DNA of 64,000 nt from Rebecca billardiae RCC1528. Its lineage: Eukaryota; Protista; Haptophyta. The notes under the pieces are model-generated. The model ran no database searches. It saw only the letters and a list, made by a program, of their open reading frames with translations, and was not told where the DNA came from. Location of the stretch: NCBI GenBank assembly GCA_965240325.2, contig OZ251222.1, positions 868,001-932,000 on the forward strand, given 5' to 3'. The number at the start of each line of letters is the position of its first letter. The stretch's first letter is position 1. The translations under genes and the position numbers were made by a program. Positions 44,349 to 54,481 of the stretch are shown piece by piece.

Positions 44349-45680
44349 TCATCCTGGTGGGCGTTGCGCTGTGACTCCGGTTTCGCACCGCCCAGTGTCT
44401 CCAGCGGGATGTGTGCGGTGACAATCGGCGTCCGGGGTGGCAGCCCACCTGGCCGGCTCGTCGTAGCCATCACCGATGCTCTCGGCGCGGATCACACCCT
44501 TGGCCCAGACGGGCAGCGGCGCGCAGTAGTGCCATGGACGCGGCGGGTCGTCGCATCGGTAGTCGAGGGCATGCAGGAAGATCCGCGCGCCCGCAGCGGA
44601 GGTGGCGGCATCGGACATGTCGGCGTCATCCAGGCGCACGCTGCCGCCATCCGGCCCGTGCGTGGCCGAGGCGTCGGCCGCGCGCTCGGGCGGCGTGCAC
44701 CCGCCCACGTCCGCCGCGGTGGCTGGCGCCGCCCCCGCCGGCGCGCGCGGCGCGAACAGCCCGTTGTGCGAGCGCGCCTCGCCGCGCGTGCCGCCGTAGA
44801 GCGGATCGTCTGAAATCGGGTGGCCCAGCCACTGCAGGTGCAGTCTGATCTGGTGGGTGCGGCCCGTGGTCGGGCGGCAGAGCACGATGGAGGTGTCCGA
44901 GCGCGGCTCGTACGCGAGCCGCTCGAAGCCGGTCTCGGCGGGCTTGCCCTCGGGGTGCACGCAGTTCCTCCCCACGCCCGCCTCCACGCTCCGCAGCAGC
45001 GCCGCGTTGACCACGTGCACGCCCGGCGGGAACAGACCAGCCACGCGCGCCAGGTAGCGCTTCCGGATGCGCCCGGCGGCGAAGGCGTCGGCAAAGCGGC
45101 GCGCGGTCTCCGACGAGCGCGCGAGCATGAGGAGCCCCGATGTCTCGCGGTCGAGCCGATGCACGTTGAACAGAAGGCCGGACGGGCTCGCGCGGCCGCG
45201 CCGCGCGGCCGCCCCCTCCGCCGTGAGCAGCATGGCACCCAGCTCCTCCTCCAGAATTGAGATCACCGTGTTGTGCCGGAAGCGGCCGGCGGCGTGCACG
45301 GGGACGGTGCACGGCTTGTTGACGACGAGCAGCTCGTCCGTGATCCGCAGCACCCACTCTGTCGCCGGTGGTGCGATCACCGGCGGCTCGTCGCGGACGG
45401 TCTCGTGCTCGAGCACGTCGCCGTCGCGAAAGGTCGCGTCGGGCACGCACGGCGTGCCGTTGATGCGCACGCGCCCGTCGCGCGCCGCGGCTGCGAGGTA
45501 GTCCGAGGTGAGGTGGCCTGAGAATTCCTCGGCCATCACCTCGAGCACCCGCCGGCCGAGCCATCGCCTCTTCGCGTGCGCCTTGAAGACGTACGTGTAC
45601 GGGCGCACGTGGCGCACGTTGCCGCGCCGGAACGTGCCGCTGCCCTCCGCCGGCGCGGTGTGGCTCGGGCGCGACACCAT
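44349..45680 (-). CDS. RluA-family pseudouridine synthase (RPUSD2/Pus9-like)
   Basis: VRPYTYVFKAHAKRRWLGR, LLVVNKP.TVPVHAAGRFRHNT, VHRLDRETSG (catalytic Asp), TGRTHQIRLHL.WLGHPI..DPLY, IFLHA. Confidence 0.92.
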   Translation of the reverse strand: MVSRPSHTAPAEGSGTFRRGNVRHVRPYTYVFKAHAKRRWLGRRVLEVMAEEFSGHLTSDYLAAAARDGRVRINGTPCVPDATFRDGDVLEHETVRDEPPVIAPPATEWVLRITDELLVVNKPCTVPVHAAGRFRHNTVISILEEELGAMLLTAEGAAARRGRASPSGLLFNVHRLDRETSGLLMLARSSETARRFADAFAAGRIRKRYLARVAGLFPPGVHVVNAALLRSVEAGVGRNCVHPEGKPAETGFERLAYEPRSDTSIVLCRPTTGRTHQIRLHLQWLGHPISDDPLYGGTRGEARSHNGLFAPRAPAGAAPATAADVGGCTPPERAADASATHGPDGGSVRLDDADMSDAATSAAGARIFLHALDYRCDDPPRPWHYCAPLPVWAKGVIRAESIGDGYDEPARWAATPDADCHRTHPAGDTGRCETGVTAQRPPG

Positions 45681-45905
45681 CAGCCTCCACGGGGGGCGCA
45701 GACGCGACGGCTGCTGCGCGTGCCGCGCGAGGCGCGTGGCGGCGCGCCGCCCCAGCAGCGCCGTGGGTGTCGTCGCGCGTGCGCCACCGTCCTCGCGCTG
45801 GCCGCGGCCGGCAGGCACCGGAGTGGCGGAGCGCCGGCGAGAGATGATGAGAGATCGAGTTCGCTGCAGTAAGCCGCGTCGACGTCGTGGTCGAATGAGT
45901 TTCAG

Positions 45906-48900
45906 ATGACCGCCTGGCGACGTCGCCTGCTGGCGGCGCTGGTCGCCGCGGCGGCGGTGCCGCGGGTGTCGCAAGCCGCGCTCTCGCCGGGCGATGGCGC
46001 GCCGAGCGGTCGGTCGCTCGCCGATCCAGCCGTGTGCACGCGCTGCGCGCCGCCGCTGGAGGCAGTCCGCCTCGTGCGCTCGCGGACGCCCACATCGTCG
46101 TGCGCGCAGCACCTGCCGTTCTGCGCGCTGCACGTGCTCGCCGCGCGCGCGCTCGCCAGGTCCGAGCCCGACGCGGTCGTGCCGATGCTCGGCGCGATCT
46201 CGTCCGCGCTGCTCCACCTCTTCGCCCTGCTCGTGCAGGAGTGGTCGCGGCCGCTCGCGTGGCGCGTGCACTTTGCGCCCGAGCCGAGTGTGGGCGAGGC
46301 GAGCCACGCCGTGGTGACGCCGGCGCAGCGGCATGGCCGGCCGGAGCTGGTCGCGCTCGATCGACGGAACGGCACCGTCTGGCTCGAGTGGAACGGCCGC
46401 CGCTTCTTCGCCTCGGTGCCCGCTCGCCGCGGCGGCGGCGGCGGCGGCGGCGCGATCTCGCGCGATCTGGCGTGGCGTGAGCCGTCCCTCCCGTGCTCGC
46501 AGCCCCTGGCCGAGTACTGCGAGGCGCGCGGGCTGAGCGAGCGCGCGCATGCCGAGCGGCTCGGTCTGCACGGGCCCAACCAGTGCGCGCTGCCGCTCCC
46601 CGACGTGCGCGCGCTGCTGCGCGCGCGGCTGCTCGCGCCCATGGCTGTGCTGCAGGTGCTCACTGCCGTCCTGTGGCTTGTGGACGGTGAGGGCGCGCGC
46701 GCGCTCGTCAGCGCGGCGTCGGCGCTCTCGTTCGAGGCGACGGCGGTGGGCGCGAGCTACCGGAACGCGCTCGCCGTGCACCGCATGCAGGGCTCACCCG
46801 CGCCCGTCCTCGTGCGTCGAGCCGGCCGCTGGCGCGAGGCGAACGCGACGACGATCGCGCCGGGCGAGCTGCTCGGTCTGAAGCCGGGGGCGCGCGTGCC
46901 GTGCGACTGCGTGCTGCTGGCGGGGCACGCGCTGCTCGACGAGGCGACGCTGACGGGGGAGAGCGTGGCGCAGGCGAAGGAGGGCCTCCGCGCCCGCGCC
47001 GCGGACGCCGGCACCGCCCCCGCCGAGCCGCTCGACGCCTCGGCCGGCGGCGCGCACGCGGGCGCGCTGCTCCGAGGCGGCACGCGCGTGTTGCACGGCG
47101 CGCTGCCGAGCGCCGGCGCCGCGGGCGCGCCGCGGCCGTGGCAGCGCGCGCCGGACGGCGCGCTGCCGTGCGTCGCGCTGCGCACGGGGCACCGCGCCGC
47201 GCACGCCGAGGCGCTCCGCGCCATCGCGCGCTCCGCCGAGGCGCCCGTCGCGCCGTCTCGCGAGCCGCTCATGCTGGTCGGGCTTCTGACGGCGGCGGCG
47301 GCGTGCGCGTCCGCTTACGTGGCGGCGCACGGTCGCGCGGCGTCGCGGCGCGCGCTGGCGGTGCACTGCGCGCTGATCCTGCTGTGCGTGCTCCCCGCCG
47401 ACCTGCCCGCCCAGGCCGCGCTCTCCGCCGGCTCCGCGCTCCGCGCCCTCCGCCGCGAGGGCGTCATTTGCATCGAGCCTTCCGTGCTGTGCGCGAGCGC
47501 TCGCGTGTCCACCGTACTGTTTGACAAGACGGGCACGTTGGTGCAGGACGCGCCACGCCTCGAGGCGGTGGTGCCCGCGGGCGCGCTGCGCGGCGCGGCG
47601 CGCGGGGAGGGCGCGCGCACCACGGGCCGGCTGCGCGTGCGCGGCGTGCACGCGCGCGCCGCGCCGCTCGCCGCGCGGCTCGTGCTAGGCGGCTGCCATG
47701 CACTCGTGCCGGCGCCGCGGCGCGACGCGGACGTGGACGCGGGTGCGGACGCGGGCGCGGACGCGGGCGCGGGCTCGAAGGGCGCGAAGGTGGGAGGCGG
47801 GGGCGAGGAGGCGGCGGCCGCACCGCCGGCGGGCGCCTCGCGCGCGCCGGCCGCGCGCGCCCTCGGCGACCCGATCGAGCTCGCCGCGCTCAGCGCGCTG
47901 CGCTGTGAACTGCGCCAGAGCCGACCGTTGGCAGCGCCAGCGGCTGGCGCGGGCGCCGCTGCGCCAGCGGCTGGCGCGGGCGCCGCTGCGCCGGCGGCCG
48001 GCGCGGGCGCCGCTGCGCCGGCGGCCGGCGCGGGCGCCGCTGCGCCGGCGGCCGGCGCGGGCGCCGCTGCGCCGGCGGCCGGCGCGGGCGCCGCTGCGCC
48101 GGCGGCCGGCGCGGGCGCCGCTGCGCCGGCGGCCGGCGTGGGCGCTGCCGCGCCCGTGGCTGGCGCGGGCGCCGCCGCGCCCGCGGCTGGCGCGGGCGCG
48201 GGCGCCCCCGGCGAGGCTGAGCTGCGCACGCGCATCGACGGCGCGTTGGACGTGCGCGCGCTCAGCGCCGAGCCGTTCACGCCGAGCAGCCGGCGCATGA
48301 CCGTCGCCCTTGCCGTTGAGCCCGTCATCGCCAGCGCCAGCGCGCGCGGCCGCGGGACTGTCGGAGGCTGGGCCGGCGCGCAGGCGGCGGGCGCGCGCGG
48401 CGGCTGGCTCGTCTGCAAGGGCGCGCCGGAGGCGGTGGCGCCGCTGTGCGCCGACGTGCCCACGGCGTACGGGCGCACGCACGCGGCGCTCGGCGCGCGC
48501 GGCGCGCGCGTGCTCGCGCTCGCCGCGCGCCGGCTCACCCAAGCCGAGCTGGCCGCGCTGGCGACCGGCCGCACCCGCGCCGCCGAGCTCGAGAGCGCCG
48601 CCCCGCTGTCGCTCGTGGGGCTCGCGGCGTTCGGGTGCGCGCCGCACGCGGACGCGCGGCGCGCCGTGCGATCGCTGCGCCGCGCGCGGCTGCGCGTGGC
48701 GATCGCGACGGGCGACGCGGTGGGCACGGCGCTGTGGGCGGCTGCGGCCTGCGGCGTCGCCAACTCGCGCAAGCCCTGGGCTCTGCTGCAGTGCGCCGCG
48801 CCGCCGGCCGCTGCGACCGCCGCGTCGGCTGCGCCGGGCGCCACGCCGGCACAGTCAGCCCCGGCCGCAGCCGACGGCGCGGGCGGCGGCGCGCCCGCGC

Positions 48901-51296
48901 CCGCGGCCGAGCTCCTCTTCAGGCCGCTCTCTCCGCACACGGCGACGGTGCGGTCGCGCGACCGCGCGCTGCGCGTGCCAGCCACCGTGGAGGGCGTGCA
49001 ACGGCTCGCGGCGCGCTACCAGCTGGTGGCGACGGGCGAGGCGCTCGCCGCGGCCGAGGCGGCGGCGCCGGGCGCGCGCCGCGCGGTGTGCGCGCACGCG
49101 CGCGTGCTCGCGCGGATGTCGCCCGCATGCAAGGCGGAGGCGGTGCAGGCGGTGCAGGTGCGCGCGCCGCTGCGCGCGCGCGAGAGCGCGCGGCCGGCCC
49201 GGCCCTGCTTTGCCGGGCGGGGGTGGTACGCGCGCCCCAGCCCGGCCGGAGGGATGGTGTCCACCCCGAGCCCCCGCTTTTCGCGCACGCCCGAGCACGC
49301 CCGCGAGCGCGCGCACTGTCTGGCCGCACCACCACCAAGCACCCACAGCATATGCCCGCCCCGCGCACCACCGACCGCGGGGCGGGTCTACACGGGCTGC
49401 GAGAGCACTCGCGGCGGGCTCAACCATGCACCGCGCGCGCACCCATGCGCGCGGTGCCTGATAGCCCGCGCGCATCCCAGCGGCGCGAAGGGCAGCCCCG
49501 GGCTCCCGGACGTGCGCCTGCCTGCCGCGCGGGGGCGTGCCGCCGGCGTCTGCTGCGCACGCGCGCGCGGGGGGTGGGCAGACCCTGGGGGGCGCGCGCG
49601 CGCATTGTCGCAGTGCGCGGCGCACTGCGCGGCGCAGTTCGCGGCTGCCCTCGTTGGCCGAGGGCGGCGAGCTGAGGGGGGCTCTGCCGCCCTCGCCCTA
49701 ACGCGCACTCGACTTCTGACCCGCCTTGCGCCCCGCCGCCGGCCTCCCACGCCCCCGCCGCAGGCGAGCGGGCAGCCCTGCATGATGGTCGGCGATGGCG
49801 CGAACGACGCGGCCGCGCTCCAGGCCGCCACGTGCGGCCTGGCGCTGCTCGCGACGCCCGCGCCCGAGCCCGCGGCTGCGGCTGCGGCGCAGAAGAGCGC
49901 GGCGCACGGCGCGGGCGAGGCGCGCGCCGCCGCGCCCGCGCGCTCGGAGGCGCGGGGCTTGGAGCTCGAGCGGCTGCGCCTCAAGGCGCAGCGCTGCCTA
50001 GAGGCCGGCCAGCCGCGCGCCGCGTGGGCGGCGATGCGTGAGCTGGCCGCGGCGCAGGCGGCGGAGCGCGAGACGGGCGGCGGCGCGGGCGGCACGGGCG
50101 GCGGCGGCGGCGGCGCGAGGCCCGGCGGGCTCGGAGGGGTGCTTGACCGCCTGCTCGGCGCGAGCGCGGCCGAGGCGCTCGGCGACGCCGACGACGCCGA
50201 CGGCGTCGCGGCGGGCGAGGCTTGCATGGCGGCACCCTTCTCTGCACGACCAGGGACCCCGCTTGCCGCGGTGGCCGTGCTCCGGCACGCGCGCGCCGCG
50301 CTCGCGCACACCGTGCAGATGCACAGCCTGCTCGCGCTGCACGGCCTCTCGGCCGCGAGCGCGCTCTCGGCGCTGCACCTCCGCGGCGTGCGGTACGGCC
50401 GCGCCAACCTCGTCGCCGCGCAGCTCGCCGGCCTGCTGTGCTCGTGGGCGACGGCATTCCCGCTCCCGCGCCGCGCGCTCTCGGCGGAGCGCCCGCTCTC
50501 AAGCCTGACCGAGCCCGCGCTCGGCCTCGGCCTGCTGGGGCAGGGCGCGGCGCACATGGCGGCGACGCTTTGCGCGCTCGCGCTCGGCACGCGCGAGGAC
50601 ACGCACCTCGCGCGCGCCCACGCAGCGCTGCGCCTGTCCTTGTCGCGCGCCGGCCCCGAGGGCGAGGGCGGCGCGCCGGCCGGCGCGCCGGCGTCCGGCG
50701 AGGCGGCGCCCGCGCCGCCGGAGGAGGCTGTTGTGATTGGCCAGCCCGGCGCGCCGTTCAGGCCGACGGCGGTGAACACAGCGATCAACTGCCTCGAGCT
50801 GTCCCAGACGCTCTCCATCACCGCGCTCAGCGCGCTCGGCGCCGCGCCGCCGCGCGCGCGCCAGCGCAAGCTGCAGCGTGCGTTCGGGCTCGCCCAGCTG
50901 GCTGTGCTGCTAGTGGCGAGCGGCGCGCTCGCCCCGCTCTCGCGCCTCATGCAGCTGCACGAGCCGCCAAGGCTCTGCTTCCACGCGCCGCTCGTCGCGC
51001 TCGTGCTCGCGGATCGCGCGCTTGCCGCGCTCAGCGACCGCGCGGCCCGCTCGCTCTTCGCGCCCGCGCCCGCGTACCGGCGGCGCCGCGCGCGAGGCAA
51101 GGGCCCGCCCGCTCGCCTCAGCCGCCCGCCTGCAGGTGCGGTGCCAGCGGTGTCTGCGCTGCCTCGGACGGCTCTCGGCGGGCCACGGTGCCACGGTCAG
51201 ACGGGCGAGCCTACCGACACAGCCGATGACGCCGAGCGCACATCGGCGCGTGGTGACGGCGCTGCGCCCGTGACCCACACATCGCCTTCGTCCTGA
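45906..51296 (+). CDS. Divergent P5-type P-type ATPase (ATP13A/Spf1-like); probable intron 49158-49763
   Basis: VPCDCVLL..DEATLTGES, LPADLP (M4), LFDKTGTL, GDPIE, KGAPE, ATGD, LARMSP..K, MVGDGAND..AL, AAPF; GTGCGC..CGCAG in-frame intron removes low-complexity stretch. Confidence 0.85.
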   Translation: MTAWRRRLLAALVAAAAVPRVSQAALSPGDGAPSGRSLADPAVCTRCAPPLEAVRLVRSRTPTSSCAQHLPFCALHVLAARALARSEPDAVVPMLGAISSALLHLFALLVQEWSRPLAWRVHFAPEPSVGEASHAVVTPAQRHGRPELVALDRRNGTVWLEWNGRRFFASVPARRGGGGGGGAISRDLAWREPSLPCSQPLAEYCEARGLSERAHAERLGLHGPNQCALPLPDVRALLRARLLAPMAVLQVLTAVLWLVDGEGARALVSAASALSFEATAVGASYRNALAVHRMQGSPAPVLVRRAGRWREANATTIAPGELLGLKPGARVPCDCVLLAGHALLDEATLTGESVAQAKEGLRARAADAGTAPAEPLDASAGGAHAGALLRGGTRVLHGALPSAGAAGAPRPWQRAPDGALPCVALRTGHRAAHAEALRAIARSAEAPVAPSREPLMLVGLLTAAAACASAYVAAHGRAASRRALAVHCALILLCVLPADLPAQAALSAGSALRALRREGVICIEPSVLCASARVSTVLFDKTGTLVQDAPRLEAVVPAGALRGAARGEGARTTGRLRVRGVHARAAPLAARLVLGGCHALVPAPRRDADVDAGADAGADAGAGSKGAKVGGGGEEAAAAPPAGASRAPAARALGDPIELAALSALRCELRQSRPLAAPAAGAGAAAPAAGAGAAAPAAGAGAAAPAAGAGAAAPAAGAGAAAPAAGAGAAAPAAGAGAAAPAAGVGAAAPVAGAGAAAPAAGAGAGAPGEAELRTRIDGALDVRALSAEPFTPSSRRMTVALAVEPVIASASARGRGTVGGWAGAQAAGARGGWLVCKGAPEAVAPLCADVPTAYGRTHAALGARGARVLALAARRLTQAELAALATGRTRAAELESAAPLSLVGLAAFGCAPHADARRAVRSLRRARLRVAIATGDAVGTALWAAAACGVANSRKPWALLQCAAPPAAATAASAAPGATPAQSAPAAADGAGGGAPAPAAELLFRPLSPHTATVRSRDRALRVPATVEGVQRLAARYQLVATGEALAAAEAAAPGARRAVCAHARVLARMSPACKAEAVQAVQVRAPLRARESARPARPCFAGRGWYARPSPAGGMVSTPSPRFSRTPEHARERAHCLAAPPPSTHSICPPRAPPTAGRVYTGCESTRGGLNHAPRAHPCARCLIARAHPSGAKGSPGLPDVRLPAARGRAAGVCCARARGGWADPGGRARALSQCAAHCAAQFAAALVGRGRRAEGGSAALALTRTRLLTRLAPRRRPPTPPPQASGQPCMMVGDGANDAAALQAATCGLALLATPAPEPAAAAAAQKSAAHGAGEARAAAPARSEARGLELERLRLKAQRCLEAGQPRAAWAAMRELAAAQAAERETGGGAGGTGGGGGGARPGGLGGVLDRLLGASAAEALGDADDADGVAAGEACMAAPFSARPGTPLAAVAVLRHARAALAHTVQMHSLLALHGLSAASALSALHLRGVRYGRANLVAAQLAGLLCSWATAFPLPRRALSAERPLSSLTEPALGLGLLGQGAAHMAATLCALALGTREDTHLARAHAALRLSLSRAGPEGEGGAPAGAPASGEAAPAPPEEAVVIGQPGAPFRPTAVNTAINCLELSQTLSITALSALGAAPPRARQRKLQRAFGLAQLAVLLVASGALAPLSRLMQLHEPPRLCFHAPLVALVLADRALAALSDRAARSLFAPAPAYRRRRARGKGPPARLSRPPAGAVPAVSALPRTALGGPRCHGQTGEPTDTADDAERTSARGDGAAPVTHTSPSS
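47931..48200 (+). repeat. Coding minisatellite, 27 bp x 10 (AAPAAGAGA)
   Basis: GCTGCGCCGGCGGCCGGCGCGGGCGCC units in frame within the ATPase cytoplasmic N-domain region. Confidence 0.95.
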
Positions 51297-51627
51297 TGAG
51301 CTGATGAGCAGCACTGATTCCCATCTCACTAGCTTCTCAGACGACGTATATATGATCGGCTACGCCGATCTTCGGGTAGTAAACAACGAAGTTGAGGGCG
51401 CACGGCCCGATAGTGGCTGCTAGTTGTCGCGTTCTTTCTTCGTCACGAATCACGCAGCTTGTGAGCAGCAGCCGGCTTGTGACGACACGGTCGGACGGTC
51501 GGACGGGTGCATGCGCCGAATGCAGCCGAGTCACTGGCGAGTCCGACAGCCGGGCGGCGGCGCCGGGGGTGCACGCGAGCTCGCACGCGCGTTGTGTGCG
51601 CAGCCGCGCTGCGCGCAGAGCAGCCAC

Positions 51628-52518
51628 TCAGCGCCGCGCCCGACCACTACGCGAGAAGCCGCTGCGCCGCGCGCAGCGGCAGCAGCGGCGCCTCCGCAGC
51701 GCGCGCCGAGCCGCCGCCTCCCGCCCGTCCCGCCTCGGCCGCGGCCGCGGCGCGCGAGCGACTTGCGGCTTGCGGCGGCGGCGGGCAGCGGCGGCGCGGC
51801 GAGCGCGCACAGCGGCCCCTCGAGCGTGCGGCCGAGCGCCGCCGCGTACGTCGGGTCGCGCGCCGCGCGCCATCGCCCACACGGCCGCGGCCCAGTGCGC
51901 CGCGCCGTCCGCGCCACGAGGCGCGGTGCACGGTGGTGCACACATTTTGGAGGCGCGCGCCGTCGAGGCGCGGGACGGGCGGGAGGGCGGACGGGGGCGG
52001 GGGGAGCGGCGGCGGCGGCGGCGGCGCGTTGCGCGAGCCGCAGCGTACGCCCGCGCCGATCTTGAATGATGAATCTCGACGGCGGCGGCCGTGGCGACGC
52101 GTGCGCGCGCGTCGACCAACGGCGGCGCGGCCTCTGCGACGGCGGCACGGTGCGGCGGGGGCAGCGGCGGCGCGACGGCGTCGGCGGTGGCGCGCTCGCA
52201 CAGCGTCTGCCGCCCGCGCGCGCCGCCGTCGTCGCCGTCGTCGCCGCGACGGCGACACGGTGCGGCGACGGCAGCATGGGCGGCGACGCGACGGGACGGA
52301 GCGGAGTTGACGGAGGGCGTGCGCGCGAGGTCGGCGGCGGTGTGCGCGGCGGCGCTGGGCGAGTGCGCCAGCCTCTCGGGCAGCACACGCCCCGCCGCGC
52401 GCCCGCCGCCGCCCAGGCTCCCGCGCCCGGCCGCGCGCCGCGCCGCCGCGCGCGCGCAGAGGCCGCGCGCGACGATCGGCTCGTACTCGTCGTGTTTTGC
52501 GCGAGCCGGCCGGCGCAA
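51628..52518 (-). other. Extremely GC-rich possible coding/pseudogene fragment, frame unresolved
   Basis: Short coding-like runs (KHDEYEPIVARGL; AVEIHHSR) but several overlapping open frames and no ATG start. Confidence 0.25.
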
Positions 52519-52706
52519 CGTGACGCCTCGCGATCTGAATCGTCACGCGTCCAGGACACTACTGGTAGTCTTATTTTCAGAGAGCTCCTATAATGATTGC
52601 AGATGGATCATAACGTCGAATCACACCCGCATTTGGCTTTGAATCAATTCGTCGTACTTGAAGCGGTAGAAATTCTTATGCTCATGAGATTTTAGGCTCG
52701 TCAATT

Positions 52707-52759
52707 AATGCGGGTGGCAATCCATTCTTGCAATCCAAGAATGGATTGCCACCCGCATT
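52707..52759. repeat. Perfect 24-bp stem hairpin with 5-nt loop
   Basis: AATGCGGGTGGCAATCCATTCTTG-caatc-CAAGAATGGATTGCCACCCGCATT. Confidence 0.95.
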
Positions 52760-52789
52760 GACGTCGTATCAACAGATGACCAAAAGTAT

Positions 52790-54197
52790 ATGACCGCGTT
52801 CCGCGGTCCTTTTCTGCATAGAATCAACGCAGTTGGGGGCCCGCGGTGGCCGTGCAATCGCGGCTCTCCGCCGTAGTGGCAGTTCGCCAGTTGAAGTCGG
52901 TTCTGAGATGACTGAAGCTATATTAGTCCGACCGTCGCCCTGCCTGCGCGACCGCGAGACTCATTCACACTTCACACAATCACAGCAGCGGACCTGAGAC
53001 CGCACCCGGCACCGGTCGTCAAATGATGACTGAAGCTATATTAGTCCGACCGTCGCCCTGCCTGCGCGACCGCGAGACTCATTCACACTTCACACAATCA
53101 CAGCAGCGGACCTGAGACCGCACCCGGCACCGGTCGTCAAATCGGATGTCCGTCTGACAACTAGCTGCCAAATGTCCAACTGGCTGATCAGCTCGGATCC
53201 GACCCGTCCGCGATCGTGCCATCGGCATCGGAATTACTACTAGTAGCTGCCAAACTGTGTCCAACTCTGGCTGATCAGCTCGGATCCGACCCGTCCGCGA
53301 TCGTGCCGAGTGAGTCGTGCCGCGGAGCTCGGAGTACTGAAGGAGTCGGGTGTGACAGCAGGGTGCTTTAGCGCTGCGGCCCGTGCCAGCCAACGACCAG
53401 ACGTACTCTGGCCACTTGACCCGTTGCACGGGTGAGTGACCGTACGCCCTGCCTAGTGCCTACCGCGCGCGCCGCGCGACCGGCGACTCGGGGTGATGGA
53501 GAGCGGATGGCGACAGCAGCAGCAGTCCTCATGAAGACGATGAAACTGGCGGCACGGGTGCACGAGGTGGCAGGCGAAAGCGCGCCGACGAGACCGCATT
53601 TGACACACCTGAGCCGCACGCGCGTGCCGTCGCCGAGCCGGCGGCGAGCGCTGCAAACGCGCAACCGTACCGCGCGCGCCACGACGGCGCGGCACTAGCT
53701 GATGCAGGCCGTACTGCCGGCACTGCTTCTGCGATCATGCGCCACGGTCGCAGCTGACTGCGTGAGCAGCAAGCGGGAGGCGGGTCCGGAGGCACGTGCA
53801 GGCGCCGTCCCGCATATCCGCCATCGCCCATCGTGCCGGGGCACGTCACCTCCGACGATCCGGATGTGGCCCAGTCCGGACGTCACGCGATCCGGGAAGA
53901 CGAGTACGATTCGCTCGTAACGAACCGTTACACTAATGTCACGTCCAGCTGACGTCCAGATCGCACTTTACTTAAGGGAATCAGCTGGGCGCGCTTTTTT
54001 TTGGCCTGATAGACCTCTCAATGCGATCTCAAAAACTCGAAACTCGGTCTCCGCCAGCCCTAAAAATCGCCCCCCGTCCCTTTTTTTCCGCCGCCCCCCG
54101 TCCCTTTTTTCTTGATCAAAGATCTCATTTTGAAACGTGGTTCGGGCCCGCTGGTGCGGGCTCCACGCTGCGCGCTCCGCCCTGCACCGCGGGCCAT
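52790..54197 (-). mobile_element. Helentron/Helitron2-like non-autonomous element, copy 3
   Basis: 53913-54197 is near-identical RC of 19564-19828; hairpin GACCGCGTTCCGCGGTC and GGCCCGCGGTG at 52792-52849. Confidence 0.7.
52907..53142. repeat. Perfect 118-bp tandem duplication (followed by ~60-bp duplicate 53162-53220/53244-53307)
   Basis: GATGACTGAAGCTATATTAG...CCGGTCGTCAAAT x2. Confidence 0.95.
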
Positions 54198-54481
54198 CAA
54201 CAACAGTAGCTTGCTAACCGTATGATACCAGGGCGCGCGGGAAGGTCGATTCAAGCTACCCGCGCAATACCATATCGCGTCGCTTTGATGAATCTGATGA
54301 GTGAACAGCTATCCAGAGAATTCGTTCGATATCTCACCTTTTTTATGGTCAGTTCAACACACGAATCTTGACTATCAGAAAGGTATTAGAGATGACTTCG
54401 TCCTATTTGATTCCGATTTCTTCTATTACTTACTATCCAAGGATTAAGGAGCAGTACAAACGCAATCATGAGCAGCGAAAT

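Noticed and set aside
47931-48200. 27-bp array as CRISPR or non-coding satellite
   Set aside because: No spacers; it is an in-frame coding minisatellite.
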